Positions 41,597 to 52,493 are shown, counted from the stretch's first letter. The stretch is DNA of 64,000 bases from Thermoanaerobaculia bacterium (GCA_044226625.1 JBGAGQ010000004.1:128001-192000), one strand, 5' to 3'. Notes: generated by a model from the sequence alone, not told the origin. Numbers and translations are program-made.

Positions 41597-42141
41597 CCTA
41601 CCTCCTCTCGGCCAAGACATTTCTCCCCCGCCCACGCGCGGAGGTCTTCGCCTTCTTCTCCGACGCGGGGAACCTCGAAGCCCTCACCCCGCCGCTCCTC
41701 CGTTTCGAGATCCTCACCCCTCGTCCGATCGACCTTCGTCCGGGAGCGCTGATCGATTACCAGCTGAGGCTCCACGGCGTGCCGATTCGCTGGCGCACCG
41801 AGATCTGCGTCTGGGAGCCGCCGCTCCGCTTCGTCGACCAGCAGCTCCGCGGGCCGTACCGGCTCTGGCACCATGAGCACCGGTTCGAAGAAGCGGACGG
41901 TGGGACGATCGCCACGGACCGGGTCCACTACGCCTTCCTGCCGATTCCCGGAATCCACCGGCTGTTCGTCGAGCCGGACCTCGTGCGGATCTTCAAATAC
42001 CGCCAGGAACGGATGCGCGAGATCTTCGGCGGCGCCGAACGCGCGACGATCGAGATCCGCGCCCTCACGAGGGCCGAAGAGGCCTCGGCCCCTCGGCGTC
42101 CCAGCCGCGCTCGCCCGGGCGGCGAAGATCGGGCCGCGTGA
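41593..42141 (+). CDS. SRPBCC-family protein
   Basis: 'EVFAFFSDAGNLEALTPP', 'FVDQQLRGPYRLWHHEHRF'; ATGA overlap. Confidence 0.88.
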   Translation: MTYLLSAKTFLPRPRAEVFAFFSDAGNLEALTPPLLRFEILTPRPIDLRPGALIDYQLRLHGVPIRWRTEICVWEPPLRFVDQQLRGPYRLWHHEHRFEEADGGTIATDRVHYAFLPIPGIHRLFVEPDLVRIFKYRQERMREIFGGAERATIEIRALTRAEEASAPRRPSRARPGGEDRAA

Positions 42142-43142
42142 CCGCGGCCGTCTTCGACCCGGCCGCCCTCGACGCGCCCCACCGCGATCCGGACGGAAAC
42201 TTCTTCAACCCCTGGGGCCGTCTCCCGGTCCGCTTCGTCGACCTCCTCAAGTGGAAGCTGGGGCGGAACGAGTACCGAGGGCGTCCCGAGCCGCTGGTGC
42301 CCAGGGTGGAGAACGACGGCGGTTACCTCTCCCGATCGGGCGAGCCCGATTCGCTCACCTGGGTCGGGCATTCGACGTTCGCGATCCACGACGGCGCCGA
42401 CGTCGTCCTCACCGATCCGCACTGGGGCGCCCGCGCGCTCGTCCCGCCGCGGCGGAGCCCGCCGGGGATTCCGCTCGAGACGGTCGAGCAGGCGGCATTC
42501 GCCGTCCTATCGCACGATCACTACGATCACCTGGACGCCTCCACTGTCCGCCGGCTGCCGGCTTCACTCCCCTGGTGCGTGCCGCTCGGCCTAAGACGCT
42601 GGTTCGAGCGGCGGGGATGTAAGGCCGTGGAGCTGGACTGGTGGCAGAGCGCCGAGATCGGACGATGGCGCGTCACCGCAGTCCCCGTCCAGCATTGGTC
42701 ACGGCGAACCTTCACGCCGAACCGGTCGCTCTGGTGCGGCTGGCTGCTCGATTCCGGCGTTCGGCGCTACTTCTTCATGGGCGACTCGGGCGCCTTCGGA
42801 GGCTGGCCGGAGATCGGCCGGCGCCTCGCCCCGATCGACGTTGCGATGGTGCCGATCGGTGCGTACGAGCCGCGCTGGTTCATGAGGTACCAGCACATGG
42901 ATCCAGCCGAGGCCTATCAGGCCTTCCTCGACCTCGGCGCGCGGCACATGGTGCCGATGCACTGGGGGGTGTTCGACCTGACCGACGAGCCGGTGGGCCT
43001 CGCCCCGATCGTCCTCGCCGACCACCTGGCGAAGATCGGCGGCGATCCGAGGGTGCGGATCCTCGCGATCGGCGAACGGTGGATGCTGCCCGACGGTCCC
43101 CCTACGGTACGAACCGGTACCCAACACCGCGAACGCTTTTGA
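42138..43142 (+). CDS. MBL-fold hydrolase, NAPE-PLD/RomA-like
   Basis: WVGHST, TDP, SHDHYDHLD, QHWS.R, GD, PIGAYEPRW, MHWG.F.L. Confidence 0.9.
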   Translation: MTAAVFDPAALDAPHRDPDGNFFNPWGRLPVRFVDLLKWKLGRNEYRGRPEPLVPRVENDGGYLSRSGEPDSLTWVGHSTFAIHDGADVVLTDPHWGARALVPPRRSPPGIPLETVEQAAFAVLSHDHYDHLDASTVRRLPASLPWCVPLGLRRWFERRGCKAVELDWWQSAEIGRWRVTAVPVQHWSRRTFTPNRSLWCGWLLDSGVRRYFFMGDSGAFGGWPEIGRRLAPIDVAMVPIGAYEPRWFMRYQHMDPAEAYQAFLDLGARHMVPMHWGVFDLTDEPVGLAPIVLADHLAKIGGDPRVRILAIGERWMLPDGPPTVRTGTQHRERF

Positions 43143-43848
43143 TGTGACGGGGATTCGAGGAATCTTCCTCGAAGTGCTGGCGCAGCGCGACGATCACGTT
43201 GTCGACCACGCGTTCGTTCGGATGGTGCGGCAGGTGCCAGACCTCGGCGAGCAGCTCGCGGCGAGTCACCACCTGGTTCGGCCGGGCGAGGAATACCCGC
43301 ATCACCGAGATCTCCTTTTGCGACAGCTGAACCTTCCCCTCTTGCGTCGCCGCCTCGAAGCTGTCGAGGTCGATCCAGTAGCGGCCGAACGACTTCCGCC
43401 CTTCGCCTTCCACCGCGGTCCCTCCGTTCCCTTTGCGGCGCGCCCATTCCTGGCGGCGGAGGAGCCCCTCCACCCGGGCGAGCAACTCCGCGAGATCGAA
43501 CGGTTTGATCACGTAGTCGTCGGCCCCCATCTTCAGCCCGAAGATCACGTCGTCGGGTTGGCCGCGCGCGGTGAGCATCAGAATCGGCGTGAAGTTCCCC
43601 ATCGAGCGCAGCCGCTGGCAGACCTCGAATCCGTCGATCCCGGGGAGGCGAACGTCGAGGACGACCAGATCGAACGGCCGGCGAATCGCCCGGTCGAGCG
43701 CCTCGGTGCCGTCCGCCACGACCTCGACCTCGTACCCTTTGCGCTCGAGGTTGAAAGCGAGCCCGGTCGCGATCGCCTCGTCGTCCTCGACGACCAGGAC
43801 CCGGGCCGGAGGCGCCGGCGCACCCGATCCGCCGATTCCGATCGTCAT
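43102..43848 (-). CDS. OmpR/PhoB-family response regulator
   Basis: VVEDD, LDVRLPG, LTAR, GADDYVIKPF, winged helix ending 'SVRGVGYRF'. Confidence 0.93.
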   Translation of the reverse strand: MTIGIGGSGAPAPPARVLVVEDDEAIATGLAFNLERKGYEVEVVADGTEALDRAIRRPFDLVVLDVRLPGIDGFEVCQRLRSMGNFTPILMLTARGQPDDVIFGLKMGADDYVIKPFDLAELLARVEGLLRRQEWARRKGNGGTAVEGEGRKSFGRYWIDLDSFEAATQEGKVQLSQKEISVMRVFLARPNQVVTRRELLAEVWHLPHHPNERVVDNVIVALRQHFEEDSSNPRHIKSVRGVGYRFVP

Positions 43849-44789
43849 CAGGAGGCCGGCTCCACGATCGGCAGGTCGACGACCAGACGCGTACCCGGGC
43901 GATCCTCCTGCGAATAGGCGCGCACGGCGCCGTGCATCTCGCGGACCAGGCCGGACACGATCGAAAGCCCTAGCCCCGTGCCGCTCCCCCGGGTTCCTCC
44001 CTCGCGGCTCGCCTGATGGAAGCGCTCGAAGATCTTCGGCAGCTCCTTTTTCGGAATGCCCACCCCGTCGTCCTCGACCTCGATCCGGACTTCCGGGCCC
44101 CGTTCGGTCACACGGCAGCGAACTTCGCCGCCCGGCTCGGAGAAGCGGACGGCGTTGTCGATCAAGTTGTCCATCACCCGCCGCAGCGCCTCTTCCGAGC
44201 CGAGGACCCAAGCATCCGTTTCGACCACGGTCTGAAGTCGGATGCCGCGGCTCTCTGCGTGGGGGCGCGCCTCGGCGAGGTACGCGGTGAAGAACGTGGC
44301 GAGGTCGACCGGTCTGAGCTCGAGACTCGCCTTACCCGAGAGCAGGCGGCCGCTTTCAAGGACCGCGTCGACCAGGGCGGCCATCCGGTCGGCCTGCTGC
44401 CCGATGATCGAGAGGAAGCGCCGCCGCAGCTCGGGCGAGAGATCGGCTTCGCGCTCGAGCGTCTGGGCGTGGAGCTTGATCGCCGCAAGGGGCGACTTCA
44501 TCTCGTGAGTGATGTTGGCGACGAACTCGTCCTGCTTCTGCGCGTAGCGCCGTGCGGCGAGCGCCTGCGCGAGCTGGTAGGTAAAGCCGACGATCAGGAA
44601 GAACAGGAGGACGCAGCCGAGGATCAGGAGCGGCCAGTGGATCGAGCGTCCGGAATGGGCCGGCGCGCTCGGAGACCCGGAGCGGACGGCATAGACCACC
44701 CAGAGCACCAGCAGCGTGATCGTCGTGGCGAGCGACAGGACGAACATCGTCACGAGCTGGGTGGAGCGGCGGGTCGGCACGGAAAGCAT
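43848..44789 (-). CDS. Sensor histidine kinase (2 TM, essentially no extracytoplasmic domain)
   Basis: H-box THEMKSPL, N-box NLIDNA, DDGVGI, IFERF, GTGLGL. True start may be GTG 44780. Confidence 0.92.
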   Translation of the reverse strand: MLSVPTRRSTQLVTMFVLSLATTITLLVLWVVYAVRSGSPSAPAHSGRSIHWPLLILGCVLLFFLIVGFTYQLAQALAARRYAQKQDEFVANITHEMKSPLAAIKLHAQTLEREADLSPELRRRFLSIIGQQADRMAALVDAVLESGRLLSGKASLELRPVDLATFFTAYLAEARPHAESRGIRLQTVVETDAWVLGSEEALRRVMDNLIDNAVRFSEPGGEVRCRVTERGPEVRIEVEDDGVGIPKKELPKIFERFHQASREGGTRGSGTGLGLSIVSGLVREMHGAVRAYSQEDRPGTRLVVDLPIVEPAS

Positions 44790-44899
44790 GCTATCCGACC
44801 GGAGCGGCCGGCACGGGAATGGGGGGCCGAAGCCCTACGACCCGTGACGCGCGGGCCGACGCGTAACCCCATGGCTTACCGCGCAACTTCCGCGCCGTC

Positions 44900-44953
44900 T
44901 GACACTTCCGTGACAAAGAGCTGACCTCGGAGGGCGGCCTTCCCTGGCATACT
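44900..44953 (+). promoter_or_regulatory. Putative OmpR/PhoB-type binding site and -10 box of the desaturase promoter
   Basis: TGACA (44900), TGACA (44911), TGACC (44922) at exact 11-bp spacing, reaching the -35 position of CATACT (44948-44953). Confidence 0.6.
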
Positions 44954-44961
44954 CCGCGCCC

Positions 44962-46002
44962 ATGCAGAATCCCGAGACCCTCGTCCCCACCGACGTGCCC
45001 ACCAACGCCCCGACCAGCGAAGCCGACTGGCGCCGCCTCCTCGCCCCCTACAAGAAGGCGAGCTGGGGAAGCGCGCTGTTCCAGCTCGCGAATACGCTGA
45101 TCCCCTTCCTGCTGCTCTGGACCGCGACGGCGTACGGCGTCTCCCGCTCGCAGCCGCTCGCCTTCCTGCTGGTGATCCCGACCGCCTTCTTCTTCATCCG
45201 CATGTTCATCATCCAGCACGACTGCGGCCATGGGGCCTTCTTCCCGTCGCGTTTCGCCAACAACCTGGTCGGCGCGGTGCTCGGCGTCTTCACCCTGTTC
45301 CCCTACGGCTATTGGCGGCGGACCCACGCGATCCACCACGCGACCAACGGCAACCTCGACCAGCGCGAGTTCGGCGACATCAAGACCCTGACGGTTCGGG
45401 AATACCGCGAGCTCTCCCCGGCGAAGCGCTTCCTCTATCGCGCCTATCGCCATCCGCTGGTCCTGTTCGGCGTCGGCCCGACCTACCAGTTCGTGCTCAA
45501 GCACCGGCTACCGATCGACATCCCCTGGTCGTGGAAGAGGGAGTGGCGGAGCGTGATCACCACCAACCTCGCGCTCGGCGCTACGCTCTACGGGCTCGCC
45601 TCGATCTTCGGCTGGGCCACCGTGGCGTTGGTTTCGTTCCCGGTCATCGTCCTCGCCGGCGCGATCGGGGTCTGGCTGTTCTACGTCCAGCACCAATTCG
45701 AGGGGACCTACTGGCAGCCGACCGAGTCCTGGGACTACTACCGGGCCGCCGTGGACGGCAGCTTGTTCTACGACCTGCACCCGGTCCTCCATTGGCTCAC
45801 CGGCAACATCGGGTTCCACCACATCCACCACATGGCGAGCCAGATTCCGAACTACCGCCTTGCCGAAGCCTTCCGCGACAACCCGTCGCTCCAGAACGTC
45901 ACCCGCCTCTCCTTACGGCAAAGCCTGCGTTGCGCGAGCCTGCGGCTCTGGGACGAGGAGCGTAGGGAGATGGTCCGGTTCCGCGACCTCGCAAGCTGCT
46001 GA
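44962..46002 (+). CDS. Membrane fatty acid desaturase (Bacillus Des-like)
   Basis: Three His boxes HDCGH, HAIHH, HHIHH, plus 'YVQHQFE'. Confidence 0.93.
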   Translation: MQNPETLVPTDVPTNAPTSEADWRRLLAPYKKASWGSALFQLANTLIPFLLLWTATAYGVSRSQPLAFLLVIPTAFFFIRMFIIQHDCGHGAFFPSRFANNLVGAVLGVFTLFPYGYWRRTHAIHHATNGNLDQREFGDIKTLTVREYRELSPAKRFLYRAYRHPLVLFGVGPTYQFVLKHRLPIDIPWSWKREWRSVITTNLALGATLYGLASIFGWATVALVSFPVIVLAGAIGVWLFYVQHQFEGTYWQPTESWDYYRAAVDGSLFYDLHPVLHWLTGNIGFHHIHHMASQIPNYRLAEAFRDNPSLQNVTRLSLRQSLRCASLRLWDEERREMVRFRDLASC

Positions 46003-46014
46003 GCGGGGATCCCA

Positions 46015-46041
46015 GGGAGGGGGCCGAACCGGCCCCCTCCC
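46015..46041. terminator. Strong hairpin after the desaturase (possible terminator, no U tract)
   Basis: GGGAGGGGGCC-GAACC-GGCCCCCTCCC, perfect 11-bp stem. Confidence 0.4.
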
Positions 46042-46211
46042 CGCCTCGACGATCCAGACCGGTGCCTCGGCGCTTCCTCCCGGCTCGATTCGAGCGCCGC
46101 CAGCCTTGAAGCAGGCTCCCGACGGAGCCCCGCCGTTCCGAAACGCCCCGGAGGCGCGGCGAAAATACCCTCTACAGCGGCCGGAGAACCCGCGTTAGAC
46201 TGCCGCGCGCC

Positions 46212-47117
46212 ATGCTTCGGAAGGATCGCGATCCGCGGCAGATGTCGCTGTTCGACCCCTCGACGCCGAGCCTATCGGGGCGCGGCAAGCCGCCTTCCGA
46301 AGGGCCCGCCCGAGATTCCGACCTGGGCGCAGCGATCGCGGCCAGCGATCACGCCGCCGCCCGAAAGCTCGAGGACCTCCGGGAGCGGGACCTGTTCCGG
46401 CACCTCTCGCGGCTCCTCGACCGCCGCCTGTCGACGCTCAAGCTGACCGACAACCAGCGGACGATCCTGTCGTTCCGCCCCGAGGGAGCCGCCCCGGCGC
46501 GGTTCCAGATCCGCCTCCATCGGTCGTTCCTTTGGGCGCCGGAAGAGGTGCTGCGGGCGGTCTCGATCTTCGTCCAGAGCCGAAAGAAAAGCCCTCGCGC
46601 CCAAGAGGCGCTGCTCCGCATCCGCGAGCATTTCGACCAGAACCGCGGCGGTTCCGGGCGCAAGAGGCGGATCGTCCTTCGCCCCGTCGGCGAGGCTTAC
46701 GATCTCGAAAAGCTCCGCGATCGCCTGGTGGAAGGGCATTTCGCCGCCCAGAACGCGACCGGCCGGCTCACCGTGCCGATCACCTGGGGACGCCAGAGTC
46801 GCTGGCGTAAGCCCACCCGGCGCCGGACGTCGACGATCCAGCTCGGCAGCTACAACTTCGAAGACCACGTGATCCGGATCCACCCGTTGCTCGACGACGC
46901 GGAGGTTCCCCGCTACGTCGTCGAATCAGTGATCTACCACGAGCTCCTCCACGCCGCGATGCCCCCGGTCGCCTCGGGCAACCGCCGTTGCGTCCATTCG
47001 CCCGAATTCCGCCGCCGCGAGCAGCAGTTCCCCGAACACCGCCGCGCCGAGCGCTGGATCGCAGAAAAGCTCCCAGAGTTCCTGGTTTCGAAGACGCCCC
47101 GCCGGAGCACCCGATAG
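46212..47117 (+). CDS. SprT-like/YgjP-like zinc metalloprotease domain protein
   Basis: 'LGSY', 'IRIHPLLD', HELLH, 'HSPEFRRRE'. Confidence 0.8.
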   Translation: MLRKDRDPRQMSLFDPSTPSLSGRGKPPSEGPARDSDLGAAIAASDHAAARKLEDLRERDLFRHLSRLLDRRLSTLKLTDNQRTILSFRPEGAAPARFQIRLHRSFLWAPEEVLRAVSIFVQSRKKSPRAQEALLRIREHFDQNRGGSGRKRRIVLRPVGEAYDLEKLRDRLVEGHFAAQNATGRLTVPITWGRQSRWRKPTRRRTSTIQLGSYNFEDHVIRIHPLLDDAEVPRYVVESVIYHELLHAAMPPVASGNRRCVHSPEFRRREQQFPEHRRAERWIAEKLPEFLVSKTPRRSTR

Positions 47118-47144
47118 CGAGGGAAGCCGTGTCCTCTTCTCGGA

Positions 47145-47870
47145 TCAGGACGCGGTGCGGCGGCGAGCGACCGCCTTCCAACCTCCAAACCCCAAGAGCG
47201 CGACGAGGGCGGCCAGGCCCCAGCCATCCAGGGTGGGGATCCGCGCGGGCGGCGGCACCGTTCCGTTCACCCCGAACGCGGGCGCCGCGAAATCGATGAT
47301 CGCCATGTTGCCGTTGAGCCCCACGGAAGTCACCCCGAGGCGATAGTCCGCGGAGAGCGCCCCGGCTGGCGCGGCGGCGACGCTTTCGAGCCGGGTCCAA
47401 GGCACGGCATCGGTCGTCAAGTAGGTCGAAGGACCCGCCTCGGCGCCGCTACAGTCGATCGAGGAGAACCAACGGACAACCAAATACGGCCGGCCGTTTT
47501 GATGGAGAAGGTCGTCGGTCCGCCGAGACCGCACGCTGAACTCATACGCCGTGCCCGCCGTCACCGGAACACATTGAAAGAGATCGCGCCACGCAGTGCT
47601 CACGGTCGCGGGGGCGCTCACGCCGTTTTCGGGCGATCCGGCGCAGCAGTCGACCGGAACCACGGAAAACGACGCGCAGGTCTGCGCCGTGGTGCAAGTC
47701 ACCGGCGGCGGAAAGAAGCCGTCGAAAACGGTCCAGCCCGAAAGCCCGGCGGAAAACTGAAAGTCGGGGTTCGCTAGCAGGTTTTGGGCGGCGAGGGGAA
47801 TCGCTCCGCCCAGCGCGACCGCCAGAGCCGCTACGGCAACCGCGCGCCGAATCACGGGCCCTCTCGACAT
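47145..47870 (-). CDS. Secreted protein with IPTL-CTERM sorting signal
   Basis: Signal peptide, 'QNLLANPDF' CBM-like start, C-terminus IPTLDGWGLAALVALLGFGGWKAVARRR (motif + TM + basic tail). Confidence 0.82.
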   Translation of the reverse strand: MSRGPVIRRAVAVAALAVALGGAIPLAAQNLLANPDFQFSAGLSGWTVFDGFFPPPVTCTTAQTCASFSVVPVDCCAGSPENGVSAPATVSTAWRDLFQCVPVTAGTAYEFSVRSRRTDDLLHQNGRPYLVVRWFSSIDCSGAEAGPSTYLTTDAVPWTRLESVAAAPAGALSADYRLGVTSVGLNGNMAIIDFAAPAFGVNGTVPPPARIPTLDGWGLAALVALLGFGGWKAVARRRTAS

Positions 47871-47956
47871 GGCTTCTCCTTTCGAAGTGGCTGAGAAGCG
47901 GATGCTAGCCGACTTTCAGCCCCTCTTCGAGCCATTCCACCCCTCGCTTCGCCTTC

Positions 47957-49336
47957 TTAGCCCGTGAACGGCAACGCCGCACCTAGCTTTCTCACGATCC
48001 GGTCTCGGATCCAGTGGGGATCCCACCATTCGACCGGGTTCACCGGTAGGCCATCGAGCAGGTAGGTGAAGTGGAGGTGGTCGCCGCCGGCGAGTCCGGT
48101 CATGCCCGAGCGGCCGATCTCTTGGCTCCGCTCGACCATCTGCCCCTCTTTGGCTGCGATCGAAGAAAGGTGGCCGTAGAGGCTCATCAGGCCGTAGCCG
48201 TGGTCGATCACGACCGCGTTGCCGTAGATCCCGAAATAGCGGGCGAGGACGACCTTGCCGCGGTTCGAGGCGCGGATCGCGTCGTGCTCGACCGAGGCCA
48301 TGTCGAAACCGAGGTGGTCCTGCTGGTCGACCGGTTTGTTCTGGTAAACGTAGGTGCGCCTGTCGGCGAACGCCGCGGTGATCTTGGCGTTCGCCATCGG
48401 GAGAAATGGCTCGTTCCAGAGGAATTTGGGCTCGCTCTGCTTGGCCAGCTCCTTCAAGGTCGCGGCGTTCTTCTTGCGCAGGTTGCGGTTGATCTCCAGG
48501 TAGCTCTTGAGCAGATCTCCCTGGTCGCTCACCTCGGGCGACTGCGACAGGATGGCCGGCACCACGCGACCGAGGAACGCATCGTCGAGCGGGATCGTGT
48601 CGGTATGGATCGGCCGTGGCTTGAACTGGTCGACGAAGCTCGCGGTCGACTCGTTGCCCATCTCGTCGACCGCCAACACCCGCACCTCCGCCGCCGTGGG
48701 ATGGTCGTACGGTACCGCGAACAGAGCGAAATGCGTCCCCGCGGGAGCGCCAGGCAGCGGAAAGCCGGGGAAGAACCAGTCGCCCGCCATGACGCCGTCG
48801 CGCTCGCTCTCGCCCACCTGATAGACCACGACCTCACATCCGCCCTGGGACGCGTAATGCTGGGTCGAAACGACCGATAAGACGGGAGGCGCGAGCCGAA
48901 CCGGAAGCTTCACCTCCGCGATCGCCGGGTCCGGCGTGCGGACGATGCTGCCCGCCCGTTCGGCCGTCGCGCGGACCACGGCCTCACCCGCCCGCAGTCC
49001 TTTGACCGTCTCGCGGCCGACCTCGACGGTGAACGACTCGGGCTTGGCCGCGCGCCAGAACGCCCAACCGGGAATGGGGTCGTATTCCTTCGCGGTCACC
49101 TCGATCTTGTCCGCTCCTTGCACGACTTCGACGACTACCCGCCGGAGATGCGTGACATCGTCGATCTTGACCTCGATCGGAGTGCGCTTGCCGATTCCCT
49201 TGAGCTTCGAGATCAGCTCGACCTTGGGAGCGCGCCCTGGCCAAAACGTCAAGGCGCCGAAGAGCACGAGCGCCACCGCCGAAAGAATCAAGAACCGGCG
49301 GAGCCACCGCGCCGCGTTCGACTGTCCATACGCCAT
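47957..49336 (-). CDS. M23-family metallopeptidase
   Basis: HLGFD, YGNAVVIDHG, LYGHLS, 'GMTGLAGGDHLHF'. Confidence 0.92.
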   Translation of the reverse strand: MAYGQSNAARWLRRFLILSAVALVLFGALTFWPGRAPKVELISKLKGIGKRTPIEVKIDDVTHLRRVVVEVVQGADKIEVTAKEYDPIPGWAFWRAAKPESFTVEVGRETVKGLRAGEAVVRATAERAGSIVRTPDPAIAEVKLPVRLAPPVLSVVSTQHYASQGGCEVVVYQVGESERDGVMAGDWFFPGFPLPGAPAGTHFALFAVPYDHPTAAEVRVLAVDEMGNESTASFVDQFKPRPIHTDTIPLDDAFLGRVVPAILSQSPEVSDQGDLLKSYLEINRNLRKKNAATLKELAKQSEPKFLWNEPFLPMANAKITAAFADRRTYVYQNKPVDQQDHLGFDMASVEHDAIRASNRGKVVLARYFGIYGNAVVIDHGYGLMSLYGHLSSIAAKEGQMVERSQEIGRSGMTGLAGGDHLHFTYLLDGLPVNPVEWWDPHWIRDRIVRKLGAALPFTG

Positions 49337-49402
49337 GGAGTAACTCCTCGCTCGAAAGTTGCCGAGACCTCGGAGATCCCGGGGAGCGCGAGTTTACCGC
49401 GC

Positions 49403-50509
49403 CTACTCGACCGTCTTGCGGAATGCCCGGGCGCTCGCGGCGACCAGGACGAATGCGATCGCGAGCAGCGCCGCCACGTGCTCCCAGAGGTCGGAGAACG
49501 TGGCACCGCGGATGATGATGCCGCGCGAGATGGCAATGAAGTGCGTGGCGGGAAGGATCTGCGAGACGTAGCGCAGGACGATCGGCAGCGACGAGAGCGG
49601 GAAGATGTAGCCCGAGAGCATGATCGACGGCAGCAGCAGCATCTGGGCGAGCTGGACCGCCTCCATCTGCGTCTTGGCGCGGGACGAGACCAGCAGGCCG
49701 AGCGAGAGGAGCGCGAGCAGGTAGATCGAGGCGAGGCCGAGCAACAGGATGAGACTGCCGTGGATCGGCACGCCGAAGACGGTCGTCATCAGGATCAGGA
49801 TCAGGAGCAGCTGGAGAAAAGCGAGCGCGAGGTACGGCAACAGCTTGCCGAGCACCACGGCGACGGGGGTGGCGGGGGTCACCATCAGCTGCTCGAGCGT
49901 GCCGCGCTCCCGCTCGCGGACGATCGCGAACGCCGAGAGCAACGTACCCGAAAAAGTCAGAAGAATCGCCACGAGGCCGGGGATCAGAAGGTTCGCGCTC
50001 CGCGAGTCGGGGTTGAACAGGAGCGTCGGCCGCACCTCGACCGGCAGATCGGTCACCTTCACCTTTTTGCGGATCTCCTCGATCGAGCGCGAGAGCGCGA
50101 CGCCGTTGGCCGCGCCGAGCGCCTGGGAGGAGATGCTCGAATCGGACCCGTCGATCAGCACCAGGACGACCGCCGACTTGCCCGCGAGGCGTCGCCGGGC
50201 ATAGTCGGGAGGGATCTCGACGCCCACCTGAGCGTGCGCCGCGACGATCTCCCGCCGCAGATCGGCGCGCGAGCCGACGAACCGGGTGACGAGGAAGTAG
50301 CTCGTGTTGGTGAACTCGTCGAGCAACGCGCGGCTTTCCGAAGTGCGGCTCTGGTCGAAGACGACCGTGGGGACGCGACGGACGTTGGTGTCGATCAAAC
50401 CGAACAGGACGAGCTGGAAGACCGGCACCATGATCGCGAAGCGGAGCGTGCCCACATCGCGCACCATCTGCAGGAACTCCTTTTTGAGGATCGCCCCGAA
50501 CCCCCTCAC
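49403..50509 (-). CDS. ABC-2 transporter permease (YbhR/S-like)
   Basis: 'KEFLQMVRD', '[17 protein letters not shown]', 'LSGYIFP'. Confidence 0.92.
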   Translation of the reverse strand: MRGFGAILKKEFLQMVRDVGTLRFAIMVPVFQLVLFGLIDTNVRRVPTVVFDQSRTSESRALLDEFTNTSYFLVTRFVGSRADLRREIVAAHAQVGVEIPPDYARRRLAGKSAVVLVLIDGSDSSISSQALGAANGVALSRSIEEIRKKVKVTDLPVEVRPTLLFNPDSRSANLLIPGLVAILLTFSGTLLSAFAIVRERERGTLEQLMVTPATPVAVVLGKLLPYLALAFLQLLLILILMTTVFGVPIHGSLILLLGLASIYLLALLSLGLLVSSRAKTQMEAVQLAQMLLLPSIMLSGYIFPLSSLPIVLRYVSQILPATHFIAISRGIIIRGATFSDLWEHVAALLAIAFVLVAASARAFRKTVE

Positions 50510-51528
50510 GACGCCTTCCTCCCCGAGCCCGCGCGCTGCTTGCCGGAGGCGGCCGACGCCCCTTCCTTGTCGGCCGCTTGCAGGGCGGTCAGGCGGACGA
50601 AGACGTCCTCGAGCGAGGCGGCGATCGGGCGGACGTGGACGCCGGCCCCGGCACGCTCGGAGAGATCGGCCGCAATCTCCTGATCGCTCAACTCGTTCTT
50701 CACCAGCAGGTGTAGCGCGTTACCGAAGATCGTCACCTCCTCGACGTACGGCCGTTCGCGAGCGAGCCCCATCACCGCCGCCGCGCCGTGTGCGCATTCG
50801 ACCTCGACCCGGCGCGTCCCCTCCGGCGTGACCTCGGGCAGGTCGACCAGTTCGTCGGGTTTTCCTTCCACCAGCATGTGCGAGAGGTAGAGGTAGCCGA
50901 CCGTACCGCAGCGCTCGGCCTCGTCCATGTAATGGGTGGTCACGAGCAGCGTGACGCCGGAGCCCGCGAGGTCGAACAGCAGGTTCCAGAGTTCGCGCCG
51001 GGCGACCGGATCGATGCCCGCCGTGGGCTCGTCGAGAAACAGGACCCGGGGCCCATGCATGACCGCGGCGGCGAGGGAGAGCCGCTGCTTCCAGCCGCCC
51101 GAAAGATTGCCAGCGAGGCGGGTGAGGTATGGTCCGATGCCGGTGAGCTCGACCGCCCAATCGCGACGTTCGCGCTTCTTCGCTCCTTCGAGGCCGTAGA
51201 CCGAGCCGAAGAACTCGAGGTTTTCCGCCACCGACAGATCGGTGTAGAGAGAAAACTTTTGCGGCACGTAGCCGATCCGACGCCGCACCTCCTCGCCGTG
51301 CCGGACGACGTCGAGGCCGTCGATCGCGGCCTTGCCCTGGGACGGGGCAAGCAGGCCACAGAGAATGCGGATCAGCGTCGACTTGCCCGAACCGTTCGGA
51401 CCGAGCAGTCCGTAGATCTCCCCCCGCCGCACCCGCAGCGAGACGTCGTCGAGCGCGCGGACGGGACCGAAATCGCGGGTGACGTGGTCGGCCTCGATGC
51501 CAAACTCCGAGGCGGCCTCCGGACTCAT
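50506..51528 (-). CDS. ABC transporter ATP-binding protein
   Basis: Walker [32 protein letters not shown]. Confidence 0.95.
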   Translation of the reverse strand: MSPEAASEFGIEADHVTRDFGPVRALDDVSLRVRRGEIYGLLGPNGSGKSTLIRILCGLLAPSQGKAAIDGLDVVRHGEEVRRRIGYVPQKFSLYTDLSVAENLEFFGSVYGLEGAKKRERRDWAVELTGIGPYLTRLAGNLSGGWKQRLSLAAAVMHGPRVLFLDEPTAGIDPVARRELWNLLFDLAGSGVTLLVTTHYMDEAERCGTVGYLYLSHMLVEGKPDELVDLPEVTPEGTRRVEVECAHGAAAVMGLARERPYVEEVTIFGNALHLLVKNELSDQEIAADLSERAGAGVHVRPIAASLEDVFVRLTALQAADKEGASAASGKQRAGSGRKAS

Positions 51529-52493
51529 CGAGTGCCCTTCGCCTCGGTGGACGTCTGGGCGGCCGACGCGGTTGGAAGCCTGGCGATCGCGGTCATCCCC
51601 GCCTTGAGCTCTGGCGCCGGCTCGACCTCGATCTTGGTGCCGAAGACGAGGTCGCTCCGTTGCTCGAGCGTCTGCAGGTTCCTCGGCGTGTACTCCCCCT
51701 GGTCGCGGATCTCGACCACCCGGCCGGCGAACGTCCGATCGGGAAAGGAGTCCACCGCGATCCGCATCGTCTGGCCCACGCGGACCTTACCGAGCTCGGG
51801 CTCCGGCACGTAGACGCGCACCCAGAGCTGGCCGTCTTCGAGCAGGGTGAGCGCCGCTTGATTCGGGGTCAGAAGATCACCCGGCCGCAGGTCGAGAGCC
51901 TCGACCACACCAGCGGCTGGCGCGACGATCGAAAGCTCCTTCCTCTGCCGTTCGAGATAGGCGAGCTGCGTCTCGAGCCGTTCGACCACCGCGGTGCCCG
52001 CCGAGCGGTCCTCGCTCCGGCCGCCGCGTTGCGCCTGGCGCAGAGTCTCGAGGGCGCTCGCCTCGCGCACCGCCGCGGTGTCGAAATCCCGCTTCCCGAT
52101 CACACCGGATTGGTAGAGCGATTCGAAGCGGTCGCGGTCGGTCTTGGCCGCCCGCCAGTCGATCTCGGCTCGGCGCAGCTCCTCGCTACGCGGTCCCTTG
52201 GTCACCTTGGCGAGGTTCGCCCGCGCCTCGGCGATCGCCGCCTTCTGCTGCTCGATCTGCAAGTCCAGCAAATCGGGCTCGAGCTCGAGGAGCGGCTGGC
52301 CGACTTGGACGCGATCCCCTTCGTCCACCAGCACGCGGGAGACCCGGCCGCCGACCAGAGACCCGAGCTCGACGCTTCGCGCTTCGAGCGAGCCGGCGAG
52401 TCGCAGCTCCTGGGGCTCGGGCTTGCGATGCCAGTAGAACCAACCGCCGGCGGCCCCTCCGACGAGGAGCAGAAGGACGATCGCTTTGCGCAT
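51525..52493 (-). CDS. HlyD-family periplasmic adaptor (YbhG-like)
   Basis: N-terminal anchor, biotinyl-lipoyl halves '[14 protein letters not shown]' and 'APAAGVV', 'EYTPRNLQT'. Confidence 0.92.
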   Translation of the reverse strand: MRKAIVLLLLVGGAAGGWFYWHRKPEPQELRLAGSLEARSVELGSLVGGRVSRVLVDEGDRVQVGQPLLELEPDLLDLQIEQQKAAIAEARANLAKVTKGPRSEELRRAEIDWRAAKTDRDRFESLYQSGVIGKRDFDTAAVREASALETLRQAQRGGRSEDRSAGTAVVERLETQLAYLERQRKELSIVAPAAGVVEALDLRPGDLLTPNQAALTLLEDGQLWVRVYVPEPELGKVRVGQTMRIAVDSFPDRTFAGRVVEIRDQGEYTPRNLQTLEQRSDLVFGTKIEVEPAPELKAGMTAIARLPTASAAQTSTEAKGTR

